From Zestosphaera sp. (lineage in GTDB: Archaea > Thermoproteota > Thermoprotei_A > Sulfolobales > NBVN01): a stretch of DNA of 64,000 bases. This document shows, piece after piece, positions 9,162-18,239 of this stretch (the first letter of the stretch is position 1; the number at the start of each line of letters is the position of its first letter). The stretch spans positions 95,924 to 159,923 of the forward strand of contig JAVYVJ010000001.1 in assembly GCA_038727705.1 (NCBI GenBank). Reading direction: 5' to 3'. The notes beneath the pieces are model-generated. The model searched no databases, was not told the DNA's origin, and worked only from the letters and a program-made list of their open reading frames with translations. The position numbers and the translations under genes are program-made.

Positions 9162-10550
9162 TTACTGCGAGTACGCTATTAATGCTTCAACCTCCATCTC
9201 CTGGCTCTTGTAGTCGTCGTAGAGCTCGATAAGGAGTTCCTTAGCCACGTCCGGGAAGAGGCAGTAGGTCATGACGTTCTCGTCGGTTATCAATACCTTC
9301 ATTCTCTTCACCTCCTCATAGCATTTGCCGAGCTCTGGCTTAAGCAGGTCCGCCGGCCTTGCCAGCACTTCCTCAACGCTCTTCAGCGCTTTCTCCCTCA
9401 CCTCTGGGTTTATGCGTCCTGGAGGTCTTCCGTAGTAGCCGGCCACGTAGTTAGTGACTTCCTTAGCCACCACCTTATACCTGCCCAGCAGTACGTTCAG
9501 CACTGCCTGAGTCCCTACGATCTGGGAGAGTGGTGTCACTAAGGGAGGCCATCCGAGATCCTCCCTAACTCTTGGTATTTCCTCCAGCACCTCCTTCAGC
9601 CGGCCCTCCGCCTTAAGCTCCTTCAACTGCGCGATCAAGTTCGTGACCATCCCGCCGGGGACTTGATGTATTAGGACGTTGTGGTCGGGTGTTAGGGCCT
9701 TGATGGTCATCAGCTTAGCGTATTTCTCGTTAATCACTCTCTCCAGGTATTCGGAGATCTCGTTAATGATGGTGAGGTCCACCTCCGGTCTGAGGTCCTC
9801 CCTGAGTGAGAAGTAGACTGCCTGTATTCCCGGCTGCGCCGTTCCGAAGGCGAGAGGACTTACCGCCGTGTCTATGTAGTCGGCGCCGGCCTCCGCAGAC
9901 TTGACGTAAGTCGCTACGGCCATGCCGCTGGTGGTGTGGGTGTGCACGTTTACCGGAACCTTGAACCTCTTCTTAAGTTCCGTGACCAACGTGTGGGCAG
10001 TGTAGGGATCCAGTATCCCGGCCATGTCCTTTATGGTTATCACGTCAACGTCCATCGAGACCAGCTCCTCAGCATACCTCAGGTAGTAGTCGACGGTGTG
10101 TATTGGGCTTATCGTGTAGCATATGGCACCTTGAACTGTAGCCCCGAGGGACTTAGCCTTCTTTATGCTCACGGCAAGGTTTCTGGAGTCGTTGAGGGCG
10201 TCGAAGACCCTGAATATGTCTATGCCGTTCTTATAGGCCAGCTCGACGAACTTCTCAACCACGTCGTCCGGATAGTGTCTGTAGCCAACTAGGTTCTGCC
10301 CTCTCAAGAGCATCTGGAGCTTAGCCCTCCTAACCCCCTCACGGACCTTCCTAAGCCTCTCCCAGGGGTCCTCCTTAAGATATCTGACAGCAACGTCGAA
10401 GGTAGCCCCACCCCAGACCTCAAGGCTGGTGAAACCAGCCTTATCAAGCTTCTCCAGGATTGGGAGCATGTCCTCAGTCCTCAGCCTGGTGGCTAGTAGC
10501 GACTGGTGGGCGTCCCTCAAAGTAGTGTCTATTATCCCAACCCTAGCCAT
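9162..10550 (-). CDS. Carboxyltransferase (5S) subunit of the oxaloacetate decarboxylase / pyruvate carboxylase B family, without a biotinyl domain
   Basis: 462 aa with IIDTTLRDAHQSL and NVHTHTTSGMA motifs (HMGL-like fold) plus the conserved carboxylase domain. The protein ends without a biotin-attachment (AMKM-type) segment. Confidence 0.8.
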   Translation of the reverse strand: MARVGIIDTTLRDAHQSLLATRLRTEDMLPILEKLDKAGFTSLEVWGGATFDVAVRYLKEDPWERLRKVREGVRRAKLQMLLRGQNLVGYRHYPDDVVEKFVELAYKNGIDIFRVFDALNDSRNLAVSIKKAKSLGATVQGAICYTISPIHTVDYYLRYAEELVSMDVDVITIKDMAGILDPYTAHTLVTELKKRFKVPVNVHTHTTSGMAVATYVKSAEAGADYIDTAVSPLAFGTAQPGIQAVYFSLREDLRPEVDLTIINEISEYLERVINEKYAKLMTIKALTPDHNVLIHQVPGGMVTNLIAQLKELKAEGRLKEVLEEIPRVREDLGWPPLVTPLSQIVGTQAVLNVLLGRYKVVAKEVTNYVAGYYGRPPGRINPEVREKALKSVEEVLARPADLLKPELGKCYEEVKRMKVLITDENVMTYCLFPDVAKELLIELYDDYKSQEMEVEALIAYSQ

Positions 10551-10825
10551 CGCCTATTCCCACACGAACATGTAGTTTCACTCTTTTAAATAACGTAATC
10601 ATCGAGCCCTAGGAACCGATGTCTCGGAGGGGGTGAGCACGGACTGTTGTGCGTTACTGATGGCTACAGCATTGATTCAGTCCTTCGTGAGGGTAGTCAG
10701 TTGTTCCGGTGTTTAAGGTTCGCTGAGGGGTTCCCGGTTGTAAAGGACTTGCAGGGGTGGTTCATCAGAAATATTTAAATCTTTGGCTAACACATTACTA
10801 CTTGAGGTGATCCATCCTGATAGAT

Positions 10826-12214
10826 TTGATGTTAGTTCTAATCGTTCTAGTCGCACTGCTTGTTATGTGGACCGTCCTAGGGATCGTCAGTAGTAGGTGG
10901 GTCAGGAGTCTTGGCGACTACTTTCTAGCTGGCCATAGGATGGGATTGGCGTTACTCTCAATAACCATCCTGGCGGCTTGGGAGAGCCACTACACGGTCA
11001 TGGCCGGCGGTGAATCCGGCTATAGGTACGGTCTGGTAGGTCCTGTGTGGTACGCGTTAGCGGTCGGCGGCGCTTTGATCATACTGGCTATATTTGCGCC
11101 TCGCATAAAGAGGGACGCGCCCCCCGGAACTATCTCCTTCCCCCAGTATCTCAGGCACAGGTTTAGTGAGGCACGTGTTGGGGGGGTTAATCTCTTCGAG
11201 CAGTTCACGGCTTGGGAGATTCTGATCATAACTACGTTAAGTGCGGCGTCGTCAACTCTTGGAGGCGCCTACGTCCTGCAGGCATTAACAGGATTGGATT
11301 TCGATTCCTCACTAATTGTTGCTGGCGTGTTTTACTTGGTTTACAGTACATATGGCGGACTTTATGCGGTGGCTCTAGTTGATGTCATGCAGCTAGCCAT
11401 GATAAGCATACTCCTACCAATAGTCGCGCTCTACATCTCCTCGACGTTGGGTGGTGTGGACGGTGTTGTAGCCGGTTTACAGAAGTATTCACCGGCGCTC
11501 CTGGGCTTAACGCCCGATTCGATTAACTGGATGTTCACATTCCTCCTCTCCTTGTTAGGGGGGACTCTCGCCTCTTCATTCCTCTGGCAGATGATATACG
11601 CTTCTAAGAACCCCTCACACGCCTGGAAGTCGCTAGTGCTAAGCGGGGTCCTGTTCATGCCGGTAGCGTTAACGTGCGGCTTCATAGGGCTTGCTGGCCG
11701 CGCCGCAGGTCTGAACGTAGCCCCGTCCTCAGCATCGCCTCAGGTAGTGGCTACCCTACTCCCAGCCTCCCTAGGGCTTATATACTTACTTGGGTTTGTG
11801 GCTGCTGCGTGGTCTACTTTCGCCGCTAACGTCAATGGAAACGCTGCAATAGTTATGGCGAATGTCGTCACCCCCTTCTTCATGAAGGGAGCGCCGGAGA
11901 GCAGGAAACTCCTGGTGAGTAGGGTGGTTGCCCTCTTCTTCGGCATATTAACCATAATTATCGCCAAGTATGCTCCAGGCATTCTGTGGCTCCTCATGTT
12001 CTCTTACGCCTTAAGGACGCCCCCGGTGATTCCAGCGCTCATAGGCCTCTACACCAAAAGGTTGAGTGGTTGGGGGGCGTTTACTGCAGCCCTGTTAGGT
12101 TTCGTAGCCTCAGCGACGATATACCTCTACAACTCGCTTTACGGAACTATCGCGGCCTGGGTTGTCCCCCTACTGATTTCCCTGGTGTTTGTAGTACTGG
12201 GTGGTAGGAAATGA
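10826..12214 (+). CDS. Sodium:solute symporter (SSS/SLC5) family transporter
   Basis: 462 aa with about 12-13 hydrophobic helices. The N-terminus reads GDYFLAGHRMGLALLS...GESGYRYGL, typical of the SSS family. The start is TTG 10826 or ATG 10829. Confidence 0.75.
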   Translation: MMLVLIVLVALLVMWTVLGIVSSRWVRSLGDYFLAGHRMGLALLSITILAAWESHYTVMAGGESGYRYGLVGPVWYALAVGGALIILAIFAPRIKRDAPPGTISFPQYLRHRFSEARVGGVNLFEQFTAWEILIITTLSAASSTLGGAYVLQALTGLDFDSSLIVAGVFYLVYSTYGGLYAVALVDVMQLAMISILLPIVALYISSTLGGVDGVVAGLQKYSPALLGLTPDSINWMFTFLLSLLGGTLASSFLWQMIYASKNPSHAWKSLVLSGVLFMPVALTCGFIGLAGRAAGLNVAPSSASPQVVATLLPASLGLIYLLGFVAAAWSTFAANVNGNAAIVMANVVTPFFMKGAPESRKLLVSRVVALFFGILTIIIAKYAPGILWLLMFSYALRTPPVIPALIGLYTKRLSGWGAFTAALLGFVASATIYLYNSLYGTIAAWVVPLLISLVFVVLGGRK

Positions 12215-12344
12215 CTCCCTCACTCATAGTTGGTATAATACTGTATGGCGGTGTGGTGGGCTGCCTACTAGGTGTGGTTGCACTCTTCCTATACATGTTG
12301 ATTGAGTCGCGAGGGTCGCGGGGTAGTGAGGGTGGCGTGGGGCG

Positions 12345-13478
12345 ATGATGCTTCCGAAATTCCCGTATGACTCAAGACTCAAGAATTTGCAGGGGATCCT
12401 TGCGGCTAAGGGCGTCGACGTGGCTGTAGTGCTGAAGCCTGAGAACACGTACTACGTCAGCCTCTTCCAAGCCATAATATATTCCAGGCCGATAGCGGTT
12501 ATAGTGCCTTCAGAGGGAGACCCAACACTAATAGTGCCGTATTTAGATTTAGAGCATGCTAGGGAGCGAAGCCCAATACCAACAATCAAGCATTACTACC
12601 ATGAGGAGGAATTCTACCACATACTGAAAGAGGGCTTACGTGATGCAGGGAGAGTGGGGCTTGACGTTGATTCATTGACGATGCATACTAAGGTGAAGTC
12701 CGTGTCGGAGGCTCTGGAGGTGGTGGATCTTTCGAAAGAGCTCGCCCACCTGAGGATGGTTAAGGATGGGAGTGAGGTTGAAAGGATCAGAGTGGCGGCA
12801 GATATAACGGATTTCGGCATGAAGGAGGTCATGAGGGGCTTGGAGGAGAGGGGTAGGGAAGTCGTGGTCGCGGCACGTGCTGAGTATGCTATGAAGGTCA
12901 GGTTGGCTGAGTTGCTTGGCGATGAAGGGCTCTATCCTTGGATGAATTGGACCGTAGCGGCTGCGTTATCAGGGTTCAGGTCTTACTACCCTCACGGCAT
13001 GGTCAGCGGCAGGAAGGTCGTTGACGGTGATGTGGTAATAGTGACGCTTGACATAGCTGTGGAGGGGTATAGGGCTGAGAACGAGAGAACATTCTTAGTC
13101 GGTAGAGTCAAGCCCGAGGTCGAGGAGTACTTCGGGCTGATGGAGGAGGCCCAGCGAAAGGCGATAGAGGTTCTGAGACCGGGTGTGTTGGCTGAGGAGT
13201 CTGATAAAGTATCGAGAGGAGTTTTTGCGGCGCACAACGCCCTCAAATTCGTTACCCACAGAACAGGACACAGCATAGGTTTGGAGATACATGAAAAGCC
13301 CAACTTAGCTGAGGGGGATGTCACGGCCCTGGACACGAACATGGTGTTGTGTGTTGAACCAGGTATATATGTGCCTAATGTTGGTGGGTTTAGGCACTCA
13401 GACACAGTCTTAATAACGCCGGACGGTCCTGAGGTGCTTACGAAAACGCCTAAAGGGATAAATAACCTAACAGTTTAG
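12345..13478 (+). CDS. M24 family Xaa-Pro peptidase (prolidase/aminopeptidase P-like)
   Basis: 377 aa with a creatinase/prolidase N-domain and a pita-bread domain. Motifs include HRTGHSIGLEIHE and VEPGIY. Confidence 0.85.
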   Translation: MMLPKFPYDSRLKNLQGILAAKGVDVAVVLKPENTYYVSLFQAIIYSRPIAVIVPSEGDPTLIVPYLDLEHARERSPIPTIKHYYHEEEFYHILKEGLRDAGRVGLDVDSLTMHTKVKSVSEALEVVDLSKELAHLRMVKDGSEVERIRVAADITDFGMKEVMRGLEERGREVVVAARAEYAMKVRLAELLGDEGLYPWMNWTVAAALSGFRSYYPHGMVSGRKVVDGDVVIVTLDIAVEGYRAENERTFLVGRVKPEVEEYFGLMEEAQRKAIEVLRPGVLAEESDKVSRGVFAAHNALKFVTHRTGHSIGLEIHEKPNLAEGDVTALDTNMVLCVEPGIYVPNVGGFRHSDTVLITPDGPEVLTKTPKGINNLTV

Positions 13479-13497
13479 TAGATATTGGGCGGGTATC

Positions 13498-14160
13498 ATG
13501 AAAGCCCTTCTCACAGGTTTTGAGCCCTTCGGTGGTGATAAGTTAAATCCGTCGGAGTTTGTGGTGCGTAGGCTGCCTGAAGCCCTCGCTAAGGAGATGC
13601 CCGGGCTGGAGGTCGTGACGGCGGTCCTGCCGGTCTCGTTCAGGAGGGCCGGCCCTGTCCTGAGGGGGCTTCTGAGCTCCAACGTCCCTGACATCTACAT
13701 AGGTCTGGGGCTCTGGTCTGGGATATCCTACGTCACTGTTGAGAGGGTTGCGGTTAACGTTAAGGACGCTAGGATACCTGATAACGACGGTGAGCAACCT
13801 GTGGATGAACCTATAGAGCCTGAAGGCCCTTCAGCATACTTCACCACACTACCTAAGAAGGCGATCCTCAGGAGGTTGAGGGAGAGCGGCATACCCGCAA
13901 TAGTTTCCAATACTGCCGGAACATTCCTGTGCAATTTCGTGACGTACATCGCATTACACCACTCGGCTATGTACGGCTACCCGAGGAAGGCTGGCTACAT
14001 GCATCTGCCGCTACTTCCCGAGCAGGCGGCCGTTAAGAGGGGTGACTGGGCCGGCGTGCCGCCCAGCATGTCGTTAGAGACCATGATCAAGGCTGTTGAG
14101 ATAGCGCTGAGGACGACGGTGGAGATGTTCGATAAGGAGGATGAGAAAATACCGCCTTAA
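13498..14160 (+). CDS. pcp: Pyrrolidone-carboxylate peptidase (pyroglutamyl peptidase I, C15)
   Basis: 220 aa with LLTGFEPFGGDKLNPS, NTAGTFLCNF (catalytic Cys) and MHLP. Confidence 0.9.
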   Translation: MKALLTGFEPFGGDKLNPSEFVVRRLPEALAKEMPGLEVVTAVLPVSFRRAGPVLRGLLSSNVPDIYIGLGLWSGISYVTVERVAVNVKDARIPDNDGEQPVDEPIEPEGPSAYFTTLPKKAILRRLRESGIPAIVSNTAGTFLCNFVTYIALHHSAMYGYPRKAGYMHLPLLPEQAAVKRGDWAGVPPSMSLETMIKAVEIALRTTVEMFDKEDEKIPP

Positions 14161-14251
14161 CACATCCACGCATTGTTTTTCGTTTAGAATGCCTTCACGG
14201 GGGATCCTCCAAGCATTAGCATTCCTTAATTAAGACTTTAGTGAGTTTCAC

Positions 14252-15124
14252 TTGGTGGGCAGTGTGGGGCTCAGATCAGCGTCGAACCCCGTGGATGAGT
14301 CAGGCAGGCAGTACCACATCGGTGTGAGGCCTGGTGAGTTGCCTAGGTATGTCCTGCTTCCCGGGGATCCGGGGAGGGTGCCTCTGATAGCCAGTTACTG
14401 GGATGAGTATAGGGAGCTAAGCGTTCACAGGGAGTATGTGACATACGTCGGTAGGTATAGGGGTGTGGGCCTGGCGGCGGTGTCCACTGGGGTGGGGGGC
14501 CCCGCCGCCGCCATAGCTGTGGAGGAGTTGCTCAGAGTCGGCTCCGACACCTTCATAAGGGTCGGCACCACCGGGGTTTTGAGGGGGGACATAAAGTTAG
14601 GTGATCTGATAATCACGACCGCCGCCGTTAGGTATGATGGGGTCAGTAGGATCTACGTGGACGCTGAATATCCGGCGGTAGCCTCATATGACGTGCTCCT
14701 AGCGTTGATTGAGGCGGCCGAGGAGTTGGGTGTTAGATATCACGTGGGGATTACGGCGAGCAGTGACTCATTCTACGTGGGTCAGGGGAGGCCGGGCTTC
14801 AGAAATTACTTGCCGAGGCGGTGGTCTGACATACATTTAAGGCTCTCTGAAGTTAACGTGTTAAATTTCGAGATGGAGGCGGCGACGATCTTCACGCTGG
14901 CCAACATATACGGCGGTAGAGGAGGCGCCGTCTGCGCTGCGATAGCTAATAGGGTCACAGAGGAGTTTTCCCCTGGGGCGGGTGTTGAAGACGCTGTCAG
15001 GGTCGCTAACGAGGCTGTCAGGGTGCTGAAGGAGTGGGACGATCTGAGGATCGCGAAAGGCAGGAGGTATTTGACTGCGGGTTTGTTGGGTGAGTGGTTC
15101 GTGAGGAAGGGTGGCCTAACCTAG
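14252..15124 (+). CDS. Nucleoside phosphorylase, PNP/UDP family 1 (uridine phosphorylase-like)
   Basis: 290 aa with RYVLLPGDPGRV, GVGGPAAAIAVEEL, RVGTTG and FEMEAAT. A TATA-like CCTTAATTAAGAC lies about 25 nt upstream. Confidence 0.8.
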   Translation: MVGSVGLRSASNPVDESGRQYHIGVRPGELPRYVLLPGDPGRVPLIASYWDEYRELSVHREYVTYVGRYRGVGLAAVSTGVGGPAAAIAVEELLRVGSDTFIRVGTTGVLRGDIKLGDLIITTAAVRYDGVSRIYVDAEYPAVASYDVLLALIEAAEELGVRYHVGITASSDSFYVGQGRPGFRNYLPRRWSDIHLRLSEVNVLNFEMEAATIFTLANIYGGRGGAVCAAIANRVTEEFSPGAGVEDAVRVANEAVRVLKEWDDLRIAKGRRYLTAGLLGEWFVRKGGLT

Positions 15125-15130
15125 GTTAAC

Positions 15131-16255
15131 GTGGGTGAGAGCACTGTGGTTAAGATACTGATAAACGGCGCTTCAATATTGACGTTCTCTATTAAGGAGA
15201 AGACATTAATAGATGAGGGGTTCATATTCTCGGACGAGGGCAGGGTCGTGGCTGTGGGTGAGGGGGAGCCGCCGGAGGAGTTGAGGTATCCTGAACTATT
15301 GATTGCCGGCAGGGAGAGACTTGTTATGCCGGGATTCAGCACCGCATTCACCAGCCTTTCACTGTACCCGCTGAGGTATAGGAGGTATGTGGCGGACTTG
15401 GGCGCGGGCCTTGACTACCTGAGGAAACTTACTAGGACTGACATGTATTTCCTGGCTTCTATGGGGTTGGCTGAGCTTATCTCCAGAGGGGTCACATCGG
15501 CTTTAGTGGTTGATGTGTATCTGGATGAGGTTGCTAGAGCTGCTCATGATCTGGGCTTCAGCACGGTCTTAGCCCCCCCACTTAACTGCGGCCTCGACGA
15601 GTTCACACCCGATAATGAGTTGAAGCTATTGCTTAATAGATGGCACGGTAAGGTGGAGGGGGTTTCAGCCGGTGTTGCCGTATGTTACGAGTTGAGTGAG
15701 AAGGCCCTGACTCTGGCCAGGGAATACGGTCTTAGGGTTTTCGTCATAGGGGGTGAGATCGAGGATCATCAGGTGAAGGGGGTTGAAGTTATCTACGTAA
15801 ACCCCGTAAGGGGCTCCGGCGAGAGGGTCATCAGGTGGGGGGATCAACTGGATCGCTGGCAACCAGGGGAGGGTCTGGGTGTGGGTGTGAGACCCTCATA
15901 CAGTATGGTGGATGTGGTCAGGGAGGTCGTGCACAGGACCTCGAAACATCCCTTGGACGTGCTCTACGCTGCGACCGTCAGGAATCCCTTACTGATGGGT
16001 TTAACTAACGTAGGTCCTCTGGAGGAGGGGGTGAAGACGAACCTAGTCATGCTGGACGCCTCCGAACCGCCGGGATGGCCCCTGCCCAGGAGCCTCGATG
16101 AAGTGACTAGAGCCGTCACCGAGGGCAATCTTAAGGTGGAGACCGTCATACTGGATGATGAGATACTGGTCGACGGTGGGGAGACTCTAACGGTAGGTAG
16201 CGATGTAATAGCTAAGGCTAAGAAGCGCTTGATATCCATACTGCCTGATCAGTGA
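15131..16255 (+). CDS. Amidohydrolase-superfamily homolog (MtaD/SsnA-like fold) that lacks the metal ligands
   Basis: 374 aa. Both ends resemble chlorohydrolase/deaminase-type amidohydrolases (ILINGASILT...RVVAVG...LVMPGF; LYAATVRNPLLMGL...VKTNLVMLD). The HxH motif position reads TAFT. Confidence 0.6.
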   Translation: MGESTVVKILINGASILTFSIKEKTLIDEGFIFSDEGRVVAVGEGEPPEELRYPELLIAGRERLVMPGFSTAFTSLSLYPLRYRRYVADLGAGLDYLRKLTRTDMYFLASMGLAELISRGVTSALVVDVYLDEVARAAHDLGFSTVLAPPLNCGLDEFTPDNELKLLLNRWHGKVEGVSAGVAVCYELSEKALTLAREYGLRVFVIGGEIEDHQVKGVEVIYVNPVRGSGERVIRWGDQLDRWQPGEGLGVGVRPSYSMVDVVREVVHRTSKHPLDVLYAATVRNPLLMGLTNVGPLEEGVKTNLVMLDASEPPGWPLPRSLDEVTRAVTEGNLKVETVILDDEILVDGGETLTVGSDVIAKAKKRLISILPDQ

Positions 16256-16298
16256 GTTATTTTTAAGCTTTCGTTCCCCTTAGTTATGGGTGTGAGCG

Positions 16299-16772
16299 AT
16301 GTCGATGGGCGTTGAGATACCCCCTGAGTGGAAGAGGTTCAGGTACAGGGGTAAGACGCTGGAGGAACTCATAAACATGCCCATGGATCAGTTACTTCAG
16401 ATACTTCCGGCAAGAGCTAGGAGATCGTTGCTTAGGGAGTCGTCCACCGACATAATGCGCAGGAGGAGGGAGTACGGATCGGACGAATCACCCAGGATGA
16501 AACTGCTTAGGGAGATCAGGAAGGCCAGGGAGTTAATGACCCAGGGCAGGAGTGTCAAGATAAGAACTCATGTAAGGGATATGGTGGTGTTGCCTGAGAT
16601 GGTCGGGCTGACTATCGATGTGTATAACGGTAAGGAGTTCGTGCCCGTTAGGATAGTGCCTGAGATGATAGGGCACTTCCTCGGTGAGTATGCCCCGACC
16701 ACTAAACACGTGAAGCACGGCGAGCCGGGACTCAAGGCAACTCGCTCAACACTCTACGTAGCTATGAAGTAG
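16299..16772 (+). CDS. rps19p: Ribosomal protein uS19 (S19P / eukaryotic S15 type)
   Basis: 157 aa with [40 protein letters not shown] and [16 protein letters not shown]. Confidence 0.9.
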   Translation: MSMGVEIPPEWKRFRYRGKTLEELINMPMDQLLQILPARARRSLLRESSTDIMRRRREYGSDESPRMKLLREIRKARELMTQGRSVKIRTHVRDMVVLPEMVGLTIDVYNGKEFVPVRIVPEMIGHFLGEYAPTTKHVKHGEPGLKATRSTLYVAMK

Positions 16773-16880
16773 TTGAAAACGCTTAAGGTGGTCAGGCTCC
16801 GCTTTCTCTATAGTGTGGACACGAACCCCGATATCGTTTTGAGGTCTTTCATCGTTAGACCCTAAGCGGTTGAGAGGGAT

Positions 16881-17303
16881 TTAGCCCTTAACCCTCAACC
16901 TATTTATAAGTTTCTCGAATCTAACGGCGTCGTTGTCGTTCATTAATATCCTTATCTCCTCACCGCCGTAAGTCAGCTCCACGAACGAGAGATTCCCCTC
17001 AATCCTCGCTTTGAAGTACTCTTTCAGATCCGCTCTCTCACTGTCTACTTGATATTTCCTCACGCTACCAATCTCATGTAGGTTAATGGTTATACCGCGA
17101 ACGCCTCTGACAGTGCTCAACGTCTTCAGCATGTTTAGCGAGAGCCCTCCTCTGACCTTGACGAGGACCCCTCTGACCTCAGAGCCCAGTCTTATGGTTA
17201 GGGTCTCGTTTTCCAAATCTACCGTTGCTAGGCACTCATAGCACATTCTTTCTCGAAAACAGAGTCCACGGAATCTCCTGACACCCCTTTCCACGGCGCT
17301 CAC
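16881..17303 (-). CDS. Hypothetical protein
   Basis: 140-aa ORF with coding-like composition, divergent from the PDO gene. A TATA-like palindrome lies about 27 nt upstream. I recognise no family. Confidence 0.45.
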   Translation of the reverse strand: MSAVERGVRRFRGLCFRERMCYECLATVDLENETLTIRLGSEVRGVLVKVRGGLSLNMLKTLSTVRGVRGITINLHEIGSVRKYQVDSERADLKEYFKARIEGNLSFVELTYGGEEIRILMNDNDAVRFEKLINRLRVKG

Positions 17304-17393
17304 TACCTATTAAGCGTGGAGTCCTTAATATTAAGTATTATTAAGCAAGACTTATAATCAGCGATTGCTCAGTGATTAAGTAGGGTGTGAGAG

Positions 17394-18176
17394 ATGGGCT
17401 ATGAGTGGGTTGACGAAATGTTCAGGGTTAGATTAAGTAAGGAGGATGTGGAGGAGCTTGAGGCCACCCTGAAGGACATGAGAAACCCTGTCGACGTCTA
17501 CACGTTCGTCGACAGCAAGTGTAGGTACTGTGCCAATACTGTGAGGCTCATCGACGTGATATCTAACGCCAGCCCCGTAGCCAGTGGGGCCAGGCTCGTG
17601 AGGCATGTCCTCGTCAGGAGGGAGGCTGATGAGGAAGGCCTCTTCAGGAAATTCGGGATCTCAAGAGTTCCGACGATAGCGATGCTTGACGGTTTCATTA
17701 AGTACCTCGGCATGCCGGCGGGTGAGGAGCTAAGGGGCTTCATAGAGACTGTAATCAGGTTAAGCACTGGTGACTCAGGGTTGAGCGCACAGACCGCTGG
17801 GGAGATATCCAAGCTGAGAGGTCCTGTACAGGTGGACGTGGTTGTGACTCCTACCTGCCCCTACTGCCCCTACGCTGCACTGCTAGCTAACATGTTCGCC
17901 TTCGAGTCGTTCAGGGCCGGGAATAAGGTAGTGACGTCCAATGTGGTTGAGGCGTACGAGAACCCTGACATAGCAGATAAATACGGGGTTGTTTCAGTCC
18001 CCATGATAGCGATAAACGAGGAGGTTGAGTTTGTGGGGGTGCCTTACGAGGATCAGTTGTTGGAGAGGATAGTTGCTCACTCAAACAGGGAGTACTTGAA
18101 GAGGGCGAAGAAGGAAGAATACATGAGAATACTTAAGGAACTGAGTAAGGAGTCGGAGAACGCGGAGCGGCAGTGA
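17394..18176 (+). CDS. pdo: Protein disulfide oxidoreductase (two thioredoxin-fold units, glutaredoxin-like)
   Basis: 260 aa with two CxxC motifs (CRYC, then TPTCPYCP) in tandem Trx-like halves, as in hyperthermophile PDO. Confidence 0.8.
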   Translation: MGYEWVDEMFRVRLSKEDVEELEATLKDMRNPVDVYTFVDSKCRYCANTVRLIDVISNASPVASGARLVRHVLVRREADEEGLFRKFGISRVPTIAMLDGFIKYLGMPAGEELRGFIETVIRLSTGDSGLSAQTAGEISKLRGPVQVDVVVTPTCPYCPYAALLANMFAFESFRAGNKVVTSNVVEAYENPDIADKYGVVSVPMIAINEEVEFVGVPYEDQLLERIVAHSNREYLKRAKKEEYMRILKELSKESENAERQ

Positions 18177-18239
18177 TTTGAAACATCTTCCCCGCCGGCT
18201 CAATTCAGCTGACTTATGAGGTATTTCGTGTCAGGTGTT

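Noticed and set aside
17324-17335. Perfect palindrome CTTAATATTAAG, plus repeated ATTAAG, in the pdo divergent spacer
   Set aside because: It is pure A/T and sits at the distance expected for the TATA box of the minus-strand gene. It is most simply a symmetric TATA element rather than a specific operator.
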